Virus record (IMG/VR): IMGVR_UViG_3300042514_000542 | Span: 1 to 64,000 of that record | DNA: 64,000 nt | Direction: 5' to 3' (one strand) | The notes under the pieces: model-generated | The model's input: the letters and a program-made list of their open reading frames with translations, nothing else | The model's database searches: none | What the model was told of the DNA's origin: nothing | In this document: positions 47,756 to 57,458 of the stretch, piece after piece | How positions within the stretch are numbered: position 1 is the stretch's first letter | Layout of the letters: every line of letters starts with the position of its first letter | Made by a program: the position numbers and the translations under genes

Positions 47756-47763
47756 ACTATCAC

Positions 47764-48132
47764 TTATTCACCCGTTAGGGCTGCGAGCTTGGCGCGAAGC
47801 TCCGCAAGCTCCGCTTGCGCGTCCTTGAGCTTGGCGGCGGCTGTATTGACTCGCACTGTTTCCAAACGCTCCGCAAGCACTTCCATCACCACCACCTCGA
47901 AAGCATCGAAGCTTTCGCTCCCCGTGATGTTTCCTTCCTCGTCGATGACGGGGCGGGTCTGCTCGCGGTTTGCCTCAACGAAGCGGTGCATAGCGTCCAC
48001 AATCTCACGATTGCTTGCGGTGGTGATGTCCCCGCCCTTATTAGGCGCGGAAAAGCTTGCGGCCTCATCCTTCACAAATTGGATTGCACTTTCGGAGGTG
48101 GCGATGACGTTTTGTTTTTTCGTGGTTTGCAT
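47764..48132 (-). CDS. Hypothetical protein (GC-richer codons, C-terminal coiled coil)
   Basis: 122-aa ORF with a structured 5' leader downstream of a variant repeat promoter. Confidence 0.7.
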   Translation of the reverse strand: MQTTKKQNVIATSESAIQFVKDEAASFSAPNKGGDITTASNREIVDAMHRFVEANREQTRPVIDEEGNITGSESFDAFEVVVMEVLAERLETVRVNTAAAKLKDAQAELAELRAKLAALTGE

Positions 48133-48354
48133 ACTATCTAATTGTTTTCTACTTTGTTTTTCCGTGTCTCACTTAGAAGAGCATCGCAAGTTTCAACGGA
48201 CTAACTTGCGATGCTCAAATTCTCATTCTGTTTTAATTAGACCCTTGCGATTTGATCCACTCGGCAATATCTGCCGCCAAGTCAATATCTTCGGTGCTAA
48301 CAACAATAGACATATTTTGTTTTTCCATGCGTCCTTAGTCTAAGTCTGTTTTAA

Positions 48355-48552
48355 TTAGACTTGAAAGATGCGTTTTTTAGTAAGATCTTGAAAAGTATTA
48401 CCACGCTTGGCAACCCTTTCTTCTAACCTTTCCAGGAATTCATTGCGCAAGCTAATGATCGCGCCCCTTGTAGCTTGTGGGTAGGGACGGGCGGCACGCT
48501 TGGCAAGCTTGTTAGCGCGCTCAATGACGGTATCGTGTGTGTATGTATTCAT
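48355..48552 (-). CDS. Small basic hypothetical protein (cassette)
   Basis: Starts 6 nt after a variant -10; its TAA lies in the next repeat. Confidence 0.65.
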   Translation of the reverse strand: MNTYTHDTVIERANKLAKRAARPYPQATRGAIISLRNEFLERLEERVAKRGNTFQDLTKKRIFQV

Positions 48553-48830
48553 GACTCCCCCAGTCTCATTCTGTTTTAATTACAGCCCCCCCCCTCTCAT
48601 GGAAAACATGAGACATAATGACACACACGCGCACCCATGCGTAAATTCTCATTCTGTTTTAATTATACATTCATCCCCTTCATAAGATTTCCTTATGATC
48701 TTTTCCTTATAGTCCTAAGACTTAGTAGTATCGGTATCACTACTATCTTCCGGTGAGGCTACCCACGCTTATGCCTTGATAACATATTGTTATTCTACTT
48801 CGGTTTTAATTACACCCATTCCCTCTATTA

Positions 48831-49055
48831 CTATTGGGAAATCTTTGCTTGAAGAGCTTCAATCTCTTGATGAAGAGCAATCTTCTTAAGTTCTACGATG
48901 ATTGTCTTAAGAACATCGAAAGGATAAACCAGTATGGAATAGTTTCCATATACAAAGTTCACAATCCTGTTATTAAGGTTTGCTTGGTTTGATGCACGCT
49001 TGGCAGCATCTATAAGTGTTTCGGAATTGTTCTTAGTAATGTTGATCGGTTTCAT
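48831..49055 (-). CDS. Hypothetical protein (cassette)
   Basis: Repeat promoter directly upstream. Confidence 0.65.
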   Translation of the reverse strand: MKPINITKNNSETLIDAAKRASNQANLNNRIVNFVYGNYSILVYPFDVLKTIIVELKKIALHQEIEALQAKISQ

Positions 49056-49423
49056 GATACCCTAATTCTAGTTCGGTTTTAATTAATGAGATTTGGTATG
49101 TGTGACAATTTGACGCACTGTATATGTTTTATAACACTTAGATAAGTTTATCAAATCAAATTGTTTGTCATATCGACAAAGTTATACTGGTGATAATGAT
49201 ATAATTATATCAATGAGTAATGGGATTAATTAGTTGGAGTATGTATGACTTGCTCACCAGACTTCTCACAAAGAACTACGGTAACATCATAAGACTTCTT
49301 AGCCTTAAATGTTGTAGCAGCTTTTTGTTGAGCTTCATAAGAAGTGTTGGCATAGACTTCAATCGACTTACCTTTATAGAATGCTTTGTATCCGTTCATG
49401 TTACTATTCTAGTTCGGTTTTAA

Positions 49424-49879
49424 TTACATGTGGTTCCAATCAATGGATACCAACTTACCATTCTTCAATCCCATATTGAAATCATGGGTATCACATACAT
49501 CAAATTTATTATGTAAGAACTTAACAAACTTGACATACTTCTTATATATCTTAGTCTCCATCTTTTCTGAAGTCTCAAAAGGCCATAGATCTACCTTAAA
49601 CTTCTCACACTTCTCTTGAATCATGACATTAAATTCATGATTACCTTTGAAGTATTGTAGGTTAGCAAAATGTTTATCACATGGGACTTCCTTAATCTCA
49701 TTATAACTACGTTGAATCTTAATGACATACTCATATCCCTTACGAGAATATACAGTTGATTCACAACCTCTTCCAATCACATTAAATCCTTTTGATTCAA
49801 GATACTCATAAGCCTTCTCAATATCAGTCATTTGAAGAAGTTTATTAACCAAAAACATTGTAACGCTGTTCAGTTTCAT
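49424..49879 (-). CDS. Minimal protein-kinase-like protein
   Basis: IGRGCESTVY (Gly loop), VIKI, DTHDFNMG (catalytic loop), VSID. Confidence 0.65.
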   Translation of the reverse strand: MKLNSVTMFLVNKLLQMTDIEKAYEYLESKGFNVIGRGCESTVYSRKGYEYVIKIQRSYNEIKEVPCDKHFANLQYFKGNHEFNVMIQEKCEKFKVDLWPFETSEKMETKIYKKYVKFVKFLHNKFDVCDTHDFNMGLKNGKLVSIDWNHM

Positions 49880-50003
49880 GCTATAAGTCTAGTTCGGTTT
49901 TAATCACTAAAAAGTTCAGATTTTCTCTAGGGAAAAATCACTTATATCCCTTACAGTATATAGGATTTCTCAAAACATCATTTCTGTTAGATTTAATCGT
50001 TTT

Positions 50004-50261
50004 TCAATCAAATTCTTTCCTAATACCATCCTTTTCATAGTCTCCATAACCCTTCATATATTCTTCTATCTCTTTAGGAGTTAGATTAGTCTCTCTTTCT
50101 CCCATAGAATCATAATAATGAGGTTTTGGACTTCTACTATAATAGTAATCAGCTTCACCTCTTTCTTTAGGTGTTTGAGTATATCTTGACTTAGTTACAT
50201 TCTTATTACAGAAGTGAACACTCATTGACATGATACTCTCATTACATTTCGGGCAGTTCAT
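50004..50261 (-). CDS. Hypothetical protein (cassette)
   Basis: MNCPKC...RGEADYYYSR.PKPHYY...EY.KGY. Confidence 0.65.
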   Translation of the reverse strand: MNCPKCNESIMSMSVHFCNKNVTKSRYTQTPKERGEADYYYSRSPKPHYYDSMGERETNLTPKEIEEYMKGYGDYEKDGIRKEFD

Positions 50262-50443
50262 AACCCTATTCTAGTTCGGTTTTAATTAATCTATGTATGT
50301 AATAAAAGACATGAATAATATAAGACCAGCACATATACCAGTAGCACCTGCTGCATCATTTAAATTTACTTGTAATAGGATTCCCATTACCATAATAAGT
50401 AAGAGTGATATAATGAATGAATAAAGTGGTTTCATTGTATTGT

Positions 50444-50944
50444 TTAATCAATAGTAAGTTCCTTCTTAGCCTTCACAAGATCATCAATGATACTGATAGG
50501 GAATGTTTGACATCCCACTTTAATAGTATTCTCTGTTACAGTTGCATTATGAGCTTCATTAAGTTTTACTTCTACTTCCTTTGGTTTTTCAATGATTCTA
50601 CCATAGTCAAGATAAGTTCCAGATGTTCTATTCCACAACCTGATAGTATTAGACTCGATTATGATACTTTGAACTTTATGCTGTAGGATTTTATTATTAT
50701 TATTTCTCCAATATACAGAAGTTCCAATCATCTTATAAGCTTTTACAATCTTATCTTCGAATGTTTCTGTTTCCACAAGTTCAAAGTAATCCGGATCCCA
50801 TGAAGAAGATATTTCTTCAAACCTAATACATGTTGGATTTATACTTTCAACGGTTAGAACTTTATCTTTATGATCCCAATTATTTTTAAATTGATATTTT
50901 TTGATTCTACGAACTTTATCTCCTACTTTAAATTTAACTTTCAT
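50444..50944 (-). CDS. Hypothetical modular protein (FKVGD..FELV and VGCQTF modules)
   Basis: Shares modules with 51088-51963 and 59763-60194. Confidence 0.7.
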   Translation of the reverse strand: MKVKFKVGDKVRRIKKYQFKNNWDHKDKVLTVESINPTCIRFEEISSSWDPDYFELVETETFEDKIVKAYKMIGTSVYWRNNNNKILQHKVQSIIIESNTIRLWNRTSGTYLDYGRIIEKPKEVEVKLNEAHNATVTENTIKVGCQTFPISIIDDLVKAKKELTID

Positions 50945-51087
50945 ATTATTATTCTACTTCGGTTTTAATTAATCCTATATTCTCCTATCTTCCTATTACT
51001 ATAAAACTTTTACCAATTCATTACTTGTGTTATTATGACATACTTATACTGTGTCATTTTGTCCCATCATATAAGTTTATTGGGGTC

Positions 51088-51963
51088 TTATTGAACTAAT
51101 TCAAACGTATTATTAATGATGTAAGATGTTTTTTCATTGTAACCGGGAATATTAATAAATATCACTTCACCGTCTTTATGCATCACTTCATACTTCATAC
51201 CCTTCTTTCTAATGGGTGTGTCAACAAGATTAATAACCCAATCACCAACTTTTACATCATAAATAGTTCTATGAATTTTAGGTTTTTCGTCTTGTAATAG
51301 TTTATTAAGAATATCCAGTGTAAATTCCCCTGCACCAATTTTTACTGATTCAATTTTACGATCACCATTAGCATAGTTATTCTCATTAGCCTTTAGAAAC
51401 TTCCTAGCTGATTGTAGAATACTATTATCAATTTTGGCACAACCAAAGTCATAACCATAAGAAGTCTTCTTTGCTGAATAACCATTAATCTTCACATCTT
51501 CCCAAGGTTCTGGTTTATATTCCTCAATAGGGAGAATAACGGGATATAACATCCTATTAGTATTATCCCATCTTCCTACAAGACATATAACAATACCATA
51601 CTTGTCCAAGGTATCATTGAAATCTTTAATGAGTGTTTGAGTTGGGTTGTTAAGTTCATTGACATTTGTATAACATTGAACGCCAGCTACCAGACCCGAT
51701 TTTGAGGTGTTTTCTTTGTTAAAAGGTTTGATTCTTTTACCAATATAGGACTTTGCCAGTTTGATTTGTTCTTCAATGGTGAGAGTTTTATTCACCAATT
51801 CAAACCTATATGGATACCAGAAACTAGGAACACCTTCAAGATATACATAGCTATCACTAACAGTGCTAATGGTATGAATAGATCCCAGAGGTAATAGATA
51901 CTCTCCACCCCTATCCATATTAATAACCTTTACTTTATCTCCAACCTTAAATGTGTGTGTCAT
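51088..51963 (-). CDS. Hypothetical modular protein
   Basis: Two KVGD...FELV modules flank a GY.AK...FGC module. Confidence 0.7.
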   Translation of the reverse strand: MTHTFKVGDKVKVINMDRGGEYLLPLGSIHTISTVSDSYVYLEGVPSFWYPYRFELVNKTLTIEEQIKLAKSYIGKRIKPFNKENTSKSGLVAGVQCYTNVNELNNPTQTLIKDFNDTLDKYGIVICLVGRWDNTNRMLYPVILPIEEYKPEPWEDVKINGYSAKKTSYGYDFGCAKIDNSILQSARKFLKANENNYANGDRKIESVKIGAGEFTLDILNKLLQDEKPKIHRTIYDVKVGDWVINLVDTPIRKKGMKYEVMHKDGEVIFINIPGYNEKTSYIINNTFELVQ

Positions 51964-52026
51964 ATTGTTATTCTATTTCGTTTTAATTACGAGCCTTTTT
52001 ATGTCTTGCTCAGGACGTTTGTTATA

Positions 52027-53544
52027 TTAGTCTTCCTTGTTCCTACGGGTAGGGCAATCTGTGATATGAACCAATTGTTTCATGGCACGGGTTGTCGCAA
52101 CGTATTGTAAGTTTTGTTCTTGTTCCAATTGCCAAGGTTGAACTGCATACTTGCTAGGGCTAAACTGTGCATCCCCAAGCCAATATACTCTTTCCCATTC
52201 CAATCCCTTAGCCTTATGAATGCTTGAGAGAGTGACAATATCAGGACAGTTCTTATCATCCGCATCAGTGAACATCTCTGTGATAAGTTTTTCCAAAGAA
52301 CCCAAGTCATTTTGTCCCAAGGACTGACAACGTTCAATAAGAATAATCATGGTATCCATCTTATCTTCAAGCAATTGAAGCTTGGCATAGGATGCTTTCT
52401 CAAACTCTTTGTTAAAGAACTCCACAAGCTTTTGAGTGAAGTCTGTAAGATCAGTAACCCTTTTCCACTTACGAACAAGCTTCTTAAGATCATTACCAAT
52501 ATCCCTACCTTCAATGCGGCATCCAATACCTTGTCTAATAAGAGCAAAGGCCAATGCTACGTTAGGTGCATTATTCCTACAAATAATACCATCTTTACCG
52601 CTGAAATTCATTGTAGGAACTTCATCCAAGAACTTATCATAAGTAGTTGAGAGAATTTCACCATCAGGGGATTGATCCCAAGCTTCAATATCCTCGAAAT
52701 ACTTCTTAGCTTCTGTGATGATATTCTTACCGCAACGATAGCAGGTTGTAAGAGGAAGTTCCGTGCAATTGAACATATCCTTAATAAGATTCATGGAATC
52801 ATTCTCAGCACCAGTAAAGCCATAGATAGCTTGTCCTTCATCACCGATAGACATAAGACGACCGGAAGGCTTAAGAAGAACCTTAAGAAGAAGTTTGCGG
52901 CATACATTAGTATCCTGTGCTTCGTCAATGATTACCCAATCATATTGTGTTCCCTGAATCTTATAGATCAAAGGAAGATATTGCATATCATCAAAGTCAA
53001 TGACCTTGGCATCACGATTGGAGTCCTTAAGAACATCCTTGGCAATCTCAATAACTTGTCCAAGGTCTGCATCAAAGTTCATCTCAATATCATGATGTTG
53101 AATAATGTCCATCCATGCTTTAGTATCATCAATAGATGTTTGTCCTTCAACTCCAAAGGCATTCTGCTTTGCAAAGCCTACAAGCTTTGTAATGAAGTTA
53201 CGAGTAACTCCAAGTTCAGGAGTATTACAATACTTATCTGTAATCCAAAAGACCTTAGAACCATCAACCTTGTGCCATCCAAGAGCCTTATAAAGAAGTT
53301 CTTTACCAGCGGAATGAACTGTGGCAGCTTTGGCATTAGGTAATGCCATGTTGGAAAGCTTATTCTGAAGTTGCACACTTGCTTTCTTATTAAAAGCCAT
53401 TGCAAGAACATTACCCTTCATATATTGAATGGAATGAACCGCAGTAGTTGTCTTACCACTTCCTGCACGGGCTTTGATAATAAGATTACCATTACCATTA
53501 AGAACCCAATCGTAAATGTCTTGCTGTTGTTTGCTTGCTTGCAT
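52027..53544 (-). CDS. UvrD/Rep-like superfamily 1 helicase
   Basis: ARAGSGKT, IIDEAQD, IGDEGQAIYGFTGA, CYRC, SIHKAKGLEW, YVATTRA. Confidence 0.92.
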   Translation of the reverse strand: MQASKQQQDIYDWVLNGNGNLIIKARAGSGKTTTAVHSIQYMKGNVLAMAFNKKASVQLQNKLSNMALPNAKAATVHSAGKELLYKALGWHKVDGSKVFWITDKYCNTPELGVTRNFITKLVGFAKQNAFGVEGQTSIDDTKAWMDIIQHHDIEMNFDADLGQVIEIAKDVLKDSNRDAKVIDFDDMQYLPLIYKIQGTQYDWVIIDEAQDTNVCRKLLLKVLLKPSGRLMSIGDEGQAIYGFTGAENDSMNLIKDMFNCTELPLTTCYRCGKNIITEAKKYFEDIEAWDQSPDGEILSTTYDKFLDEVPTMNFSGKDGIICRNNAPNVALAFALIRQGIGCRIEGRDIGNDLKKLVRKWKRVTDLTDFTQKLVEFFNKEFEKASYAKLQLLEDKMDTMIILIERCQSLGQNDLGSLEKLITEMFTDADDKNCPDIVTLSSIHKAKGLEWERVYWLGDAQFSPSKYAVQPWQLEQEQNLQYVATTRAMKQLVHITDCPTRRNKED

Positions 53545-53713
53545 GATACTATTCTAGTTCGGTTTTAATTAGGCTCAACTTCTACTGTAACACCGTGCAT
53601 ATATACCCAAGTTTTCTTATGGTAATATGCTTGTGATCTACACCACGAAGTTCTACCACGAAAGTCCATATATGCCACTATACCATTAGGGTATGTAATC
53701 TTTAGAGAGTATT

Positions 53714-53911
53714 TCATATGGCACTTACAGTCATTGTATCGAAATCCACTTTTGTAGGAAATGTATTAGCGATTTCACCAGCCCATTTCTTACACACTCC
53801 AAAGAATACTTCTTCCCCCTTGTTGAAGTATGCCCACTTCTTATCAATAGGATCGAAGAACTTATAATCAAATAGAATGTTTTTACTTTCGATTAGAATT
53901 TTTACTTTCAT
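53714..53911 (-). CDS. Hypothetical protein (cassette)
   Basis: Repeat promoter upstream. Confidence 0.6.
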   Translation of the reverse strand: MKVKILIESKNILFDYKFFDPIDKKWAYFNKGEEVFFGVCKKWAGEIANTFPTKVDFDTMTVSAI

Positions 53912-54129
53912 AACCCTATCGTAGTTCGGTTTTAATTATTCACAGTAATTTATATATCCATTTATAATAAAGCTCTGTACTTTACATTGACATCAACAAT
54001 GTCATCATCATCAAATTCACCAGATAGAACTTTTTCTTCGGCATCTTCTTGTGAATCTGCTTCGATTTCAAATTCTGTATATTTTTCTTGATATAGTGTT
54101 ACTGAGTATTTCATATTATTAATTAAAGA

Positions 54130-54203
54130 TGGGAAGGAACTATAAGACTCGAACTTATACCACCGCGATCAACGGCATTCTATCCAGTTAAACTAAGTCC
54201 TTC
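54130..54203 (-). tRNA. Atypical or degenerate tRNA-Ile(GAT)-like gene with CCA
   Basis: GCCG-TT-GAT-CG-CGGT; ATAAG-TTCGAGT-CTTAT; bulged acceptor; C37. Confidence 0.55.
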
Positions 54204-54209
54204 GTTATA

Positions 54210-54395
54210 TTAATACATGTTGGAGTTGGAAGTAGAACTCGTAGCCATAAGACCACGATCTTTAATGATAGCAGTTGGACGACTACCAATAGACTTCTTA
54301 ATAACAATTCCAACATTCTTAGCTTTGGTGAAGCTGATTTGTGGAAAAGAACTCTTAAGTTGCTTTTGTGGGGCGCGGAAGTAATTGTTGCTCAT
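54210..54395 (-). CDS. Small basic hypothetical protein (cassette)
   Basis: Repeat promoter upstream. Confidence 0.6.
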   Translation of the reverse strand: MSNNYFRAPQKQLKSSFPQISFTKAKNVGIVIKKSIGSRPTAIIKDRGLMATSSTSNSNMY

Positions 54396-54422
54396 TGTAG
54401 TGTAATTGTAGTTCGGTTTTAA

Positions 54423-54710
54423 TTAGTTACTAGCCATCTTAACTAGAAGAGTGATTTCAGTATCCTCATCTTCTGAATCTTTCATATAGATAGTTGTTCC
54501 ATCAAAGTAAATCTCTTGTTCTTCTTCAATGAATGCCACACTATATTCATTGAAGTCTGAATCATCCCAAGAGCAATACAACCATTGATGATCTGAATCA
54601 CCAGTAAGTTCATCAACAGATGGATAACAAAGACCATCACGATCAATAATAACAGCCCAAGACTTCTCAATAAGATCAAAGGCTTCCTGTAATGTAATTA
54701 GTTTCTTCAT
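54423..54710 (-). CDS. Acidic hypothetical protein (cassette)
   Basis: TACAAT-N6-ATG; stop inside the next repeat. Confidence 0.7.
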   Translation of the reverse strand: MKKLITLQEAFDLIEKSWAVIIDRDGLCYPSVDELTGDSDHQWLYCSWDDSDFNEYSVAFIEEEQEIYFDGTTIYMKDSEDEDTEITLLVKMASN

Positions 54711-54899
54711 GTCGTAATTGTAGTTCGGTTTTAATTAATCAAAACAGCCTAATAATACATGCAAATATGATATTACCACATATGATGAATACCCAAGTTT
54801 CCCATTCATCGAGGGTGCATCCAATTATACCTAGAAATAAACCCCAAAAGAATCCAAATATAATTTGTAGTAGTAGTAGTAGTATAAGCATATTTTTAA

Positions 54900-55469
54900 T
54901 TAGTTACTTGCCAGTCGAAAACCCTTAAGGTATTGCCTAAGCTTTTCTTGATAAGATGATTCATTGAAATCACCATCCTTTGCACCATAGATTGTTTCTG
55001 GAACAATGAATGCAATGGCACTAAGAGAGTTATTAAGATCAGGCTCATAAAAGCCTGTATGATTAATACCAAATTCCCACAACTCTGTTTTACGTTGGAT
55101 CATATCATTAGAACCACCACCATCCAATAGAATGAATGTCTTATGATAAGCTGCAAACATTTTATATTGTTCGATATGCCCATAGGTAAGACTGTATTCG
55201 ACAGCAGCATGACCCGCCTGAATACCTTTTTGTATGCCTGAAAGGTTATACATAACAAAAAAATACATTCTAAGTCCGTTATGTTTAGGGCTTCCTACCA
55301 CTGGTTCGATTTCATGGGGATTAAACCCTACAAAATCACTATCATGTTCCTTGATCAGAACACCAAGACTACCATTTCCATAAGCCCCGACCTCTTTAAT
55401 AAGACCGCTTTTAAGAACTTTAAACTTAGAACCAATAGGATATTTTTTTACCACTTCTTCTCTTGTCAT
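54900..55469 (-). CDS. Peptidyl-tRNA hydrolase Pth2-like protein
   Basis: MYFFV..NLS..QKGIQAGHAA...ILLDGG...FYEPDLNNSLSAIA resembles the Pth2 fold motifs. Confidence 0.65.
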   Translation of the reverse strand: MTREEVVKKYPIGSKFKVLKSGLIKEVGAYGNGSLGVLIKEHDSDFVGFNPHEIEPVVGSPKHNGLRMYFFVMYNLSGIQKGIQAGHAAVEYSLTYGHIEQYKMFAAYHKTFILLDGGGSNDMIQRKTELWEFGINHTGFYEPDLNNSLSAIAFIVPETIYGAKDGDFNESSYQEKLRQYLKGFRLASN

Positions 55470-55501
55470 AATACTATTGTATTTCGGTTTTAATTAAGAA
55501 A

Positions 55502-55593
55502 TGGTAGGGACGGTCGGAATTGAACCGACAAAGGAGTTATCCACTCCATACCCGATTATGAGTCGGAACCATTACCATTCTGGCCACATCCCT
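55502..55593 (-). tRNA. tRNA(CAT) with a long variable arm and CCA
   Basis: AGGGATG/CGTCCCT+ACCA; TCCGA-CT-CAT-AA-TCGGG; variable arm GGAGT-GGATA-ACTCC. Confidence 0.8.
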
Positions 55594-55599
55594 TTTAAT

Positions 55600-55631
55600 A
55601 TACCTGCTCTAACCAATTGAGCTACAAGCAC
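55600..55631 (-). pseudogene. 5' tRNA fragment (acceptor 5' strand and D arm only)
   Basis: GTGCTTGTAGCTCAATTGGTTAGAGCAGGTA, then truncated. Confidence 0.65.
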
Positions 55632-55725
55632 TTATGTATTTATTTAAATATAACATCGCATATTGCGTATCCTATAACAGCACCTATGAATAATAGTATT
55701 AGAAGTATTAGAAGTTCCATAATGT

Positions 55726-55932
55726 TTATTCGTATTTCTTAAAGATAACTTTATCCCTTCCATATTTATAACATAGTCCAATAATTAATATAAAAATACC
55801 CATGAATGATAACATCACACACATCAAAAGATCCATGAGTGTGACATATGAATGGCATCGAAATAGAGTTAAACATCCATAGAATCCTGATAGAAACCAG
55901 AGGATGATTGAAATGATAATGATTGATTCCAT
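55726..55932 (-). CDS. Small membrane protein (cassette)
   Basis: Two hydrophobic segments; TATAAT-N6-ATG. Confidence 0.6.
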   Translation of the reverse strand: MESIIIISIILWFLSGFYGCLTLFRCHSYVTLMDLLMCVMLSFMGIFILIIGLCYKYGRDKVIFKKYE

Positions 55933-55964
55933 GTTATTATTATAGTTCGGTTTTAATTAATAAG

Positions 55965-56048
55965 TGCCGCCACCCGGACTCGAACCGGGATACCCATAAG
56001 GGCGACGGATTTTAAATCCGTAGTGTCTACCAATTCCACCATGGCGGC
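55965..56048 (-). tRNA. tRNA-Leu(TAA)
   Basis: ACGGA-TT-TAA-AA-TCCGT; long variable arm; A73. Confidence 0.92.
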
Positions 56049-56058
56049 ATTATACTAC

Positions 56059-56271
56059 TTAATCAACAATCTCATATTCGTAATTTTCAATCTTTTCAAA
56101 TGCTACTTCCCATCCATCAAGTTGTATGATTTGTGCCATTTCCATCATATCATACTTCTCCAAAGAGTCAAACTTATCCTCAAACTCTTGTGCGACTTTT
56201 TCCGCCAGTTCTTCCGATTCATTAGTCCTAAGAGTATAGAACCTAAGATCATTGTGCATCTTTGCTGTCAT
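56059..56271 (-). CDS. Hypothetical protein (cassette)
   Basis: Repeat promoter upstream. Confidence 0.65.
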   Translation of the reverse strand: MTAKMHNDLRFYTLRTNESEELAEKVAQEFEDKFDSLEKYDMMEMAQIIQLDGWEVAFEKIENYEYEIVD

Positions 56272-56462
56272 ACCTAAATTATAGTTCGGTTTTAATTACA
56301 GAATGCTTGCTGCCTTATCCCACATAACATCAACTAGTGGTTGAATTGTCTCATGTTTTCCGGGTGTTGATGTAATAGTAAGTTCTCCATCTTCTTCCCT
56401 TTGAATACGAAAGATATAAATCTCACCATCAACTTCAATAGTTGTAGTAATTTCCCTTTTCA

Positions 56463-56735
56463 TTAGAGATATTTCTTAAGGATTTCAAAATCATCAGTAG
56501 ATACTTCTACCACTTTGGAAACTTTATACATAAGTTGCCCACCAGCATCTTCATACCAACCATATTCATTAGGGGGAGTATTATCTTCTCTATCATGACT
56601 TTCCCCTTGAATAGCATATTCGATAGCGTCCTCCACATTATCCACAGAATGAATAAGATGTTTGGAACCTTTCCCAAATTCTCCATCTTGAATTTTAAGA
56701 TGGACTAGGTAGTTTTTAGGTGTTTCGTCTTTCAT
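56463..56735 (-). CDS. Hypothetical protein (cassette)
   Basis: Repeat promoter upstream. Confidence 0.65.
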   Translation of the reverse strand: MKDETPKNYLVHLKIQDGEFGKGSKHLIHSVDNVEDAIEYAIQGESHDREDNTPPNEYGWYEDAGGQLMYKVSKVVEVSTDDFEILKKYL

Positions 56736-56886
56736 AACCTAATTATAGTTCGGTTTTAATTAATGGGCTTTGCCTTTATCTTCTTTGCGTTTTTTATAAT
56801 TACATCTTTGTTCTGAATAATGAATGGGAGAATGATAGGAATAGCATCAACAAAAGCATTCCATAGAAAGATAAGAATTTTACTTT

Positions 56887-57228
56887 TCATTTTCTAAATC
56901 CTTGAAATCCAATTAGACCTAAGAATAATCCACCAACAGTTCTTAGAACAAACAGTGTCCCGAAACTACATGCAATGAAAGGATCGATAAATCGTTCATT
57001 GACGAACCACATAATAAATGCGATCAGGGGAATACATACAATAGCCATAGTAGCATCGGCATATTCATCAATCTTTAATAGTTTGGAGAATGTCCAACAT
57101 CCAAACAAACTTATAATAAGTCCAATGATATATCCGAAAAGACCAAATGGTACTAAAAGATTTCCAAATAGAAAGATTGGAAGTCCTACCCACCAAGGTA
57201 AGTCAAATATGTATCTTATATATCTCAT
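56887..57228 (-). CDS. Multi-pass membrane protein
   Basis: About four hydrophobic helices. Confidence 0.6.
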   Translation of the reverse strand: MRYIRYIFDLPWWVGLPIFLFGNLLVPFGLFGYIIGLIISLFGCWTFSKLLKIDEYADATMAIVCIPLIAFIMWFVNERFIDPFIACSFGTLFVLRTVGGLFLGLIGFQGFRK

Positions 57229-57458
57229 TTAATTACAAAGTTTTAAATTACTTATTAATCAATACTCCTTATCGTGGGTCAACCTAGGATAAATGCCCCA
57301 CACATTTCACATTTATACGCTATTGAAGTAGACATGACTAAACTCGAATACGTCCTTATATAAGGAATACTGATTGATAAGTAATTTAATTGGTAAACCC
57401 CTATCCTACTTAACCATGTCATCAACACTGTTAGAGGTAGGATAGGGTTATAACCTTT

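Noticed and set aside
47708-48343. 211-aa plus-strand ORF (and 47815-48141)
   Set aside because: Antisense shadow of 47764-48132 in GC-richer DNA; it crosses promoters and hairpins of the minus-strand cassettes.
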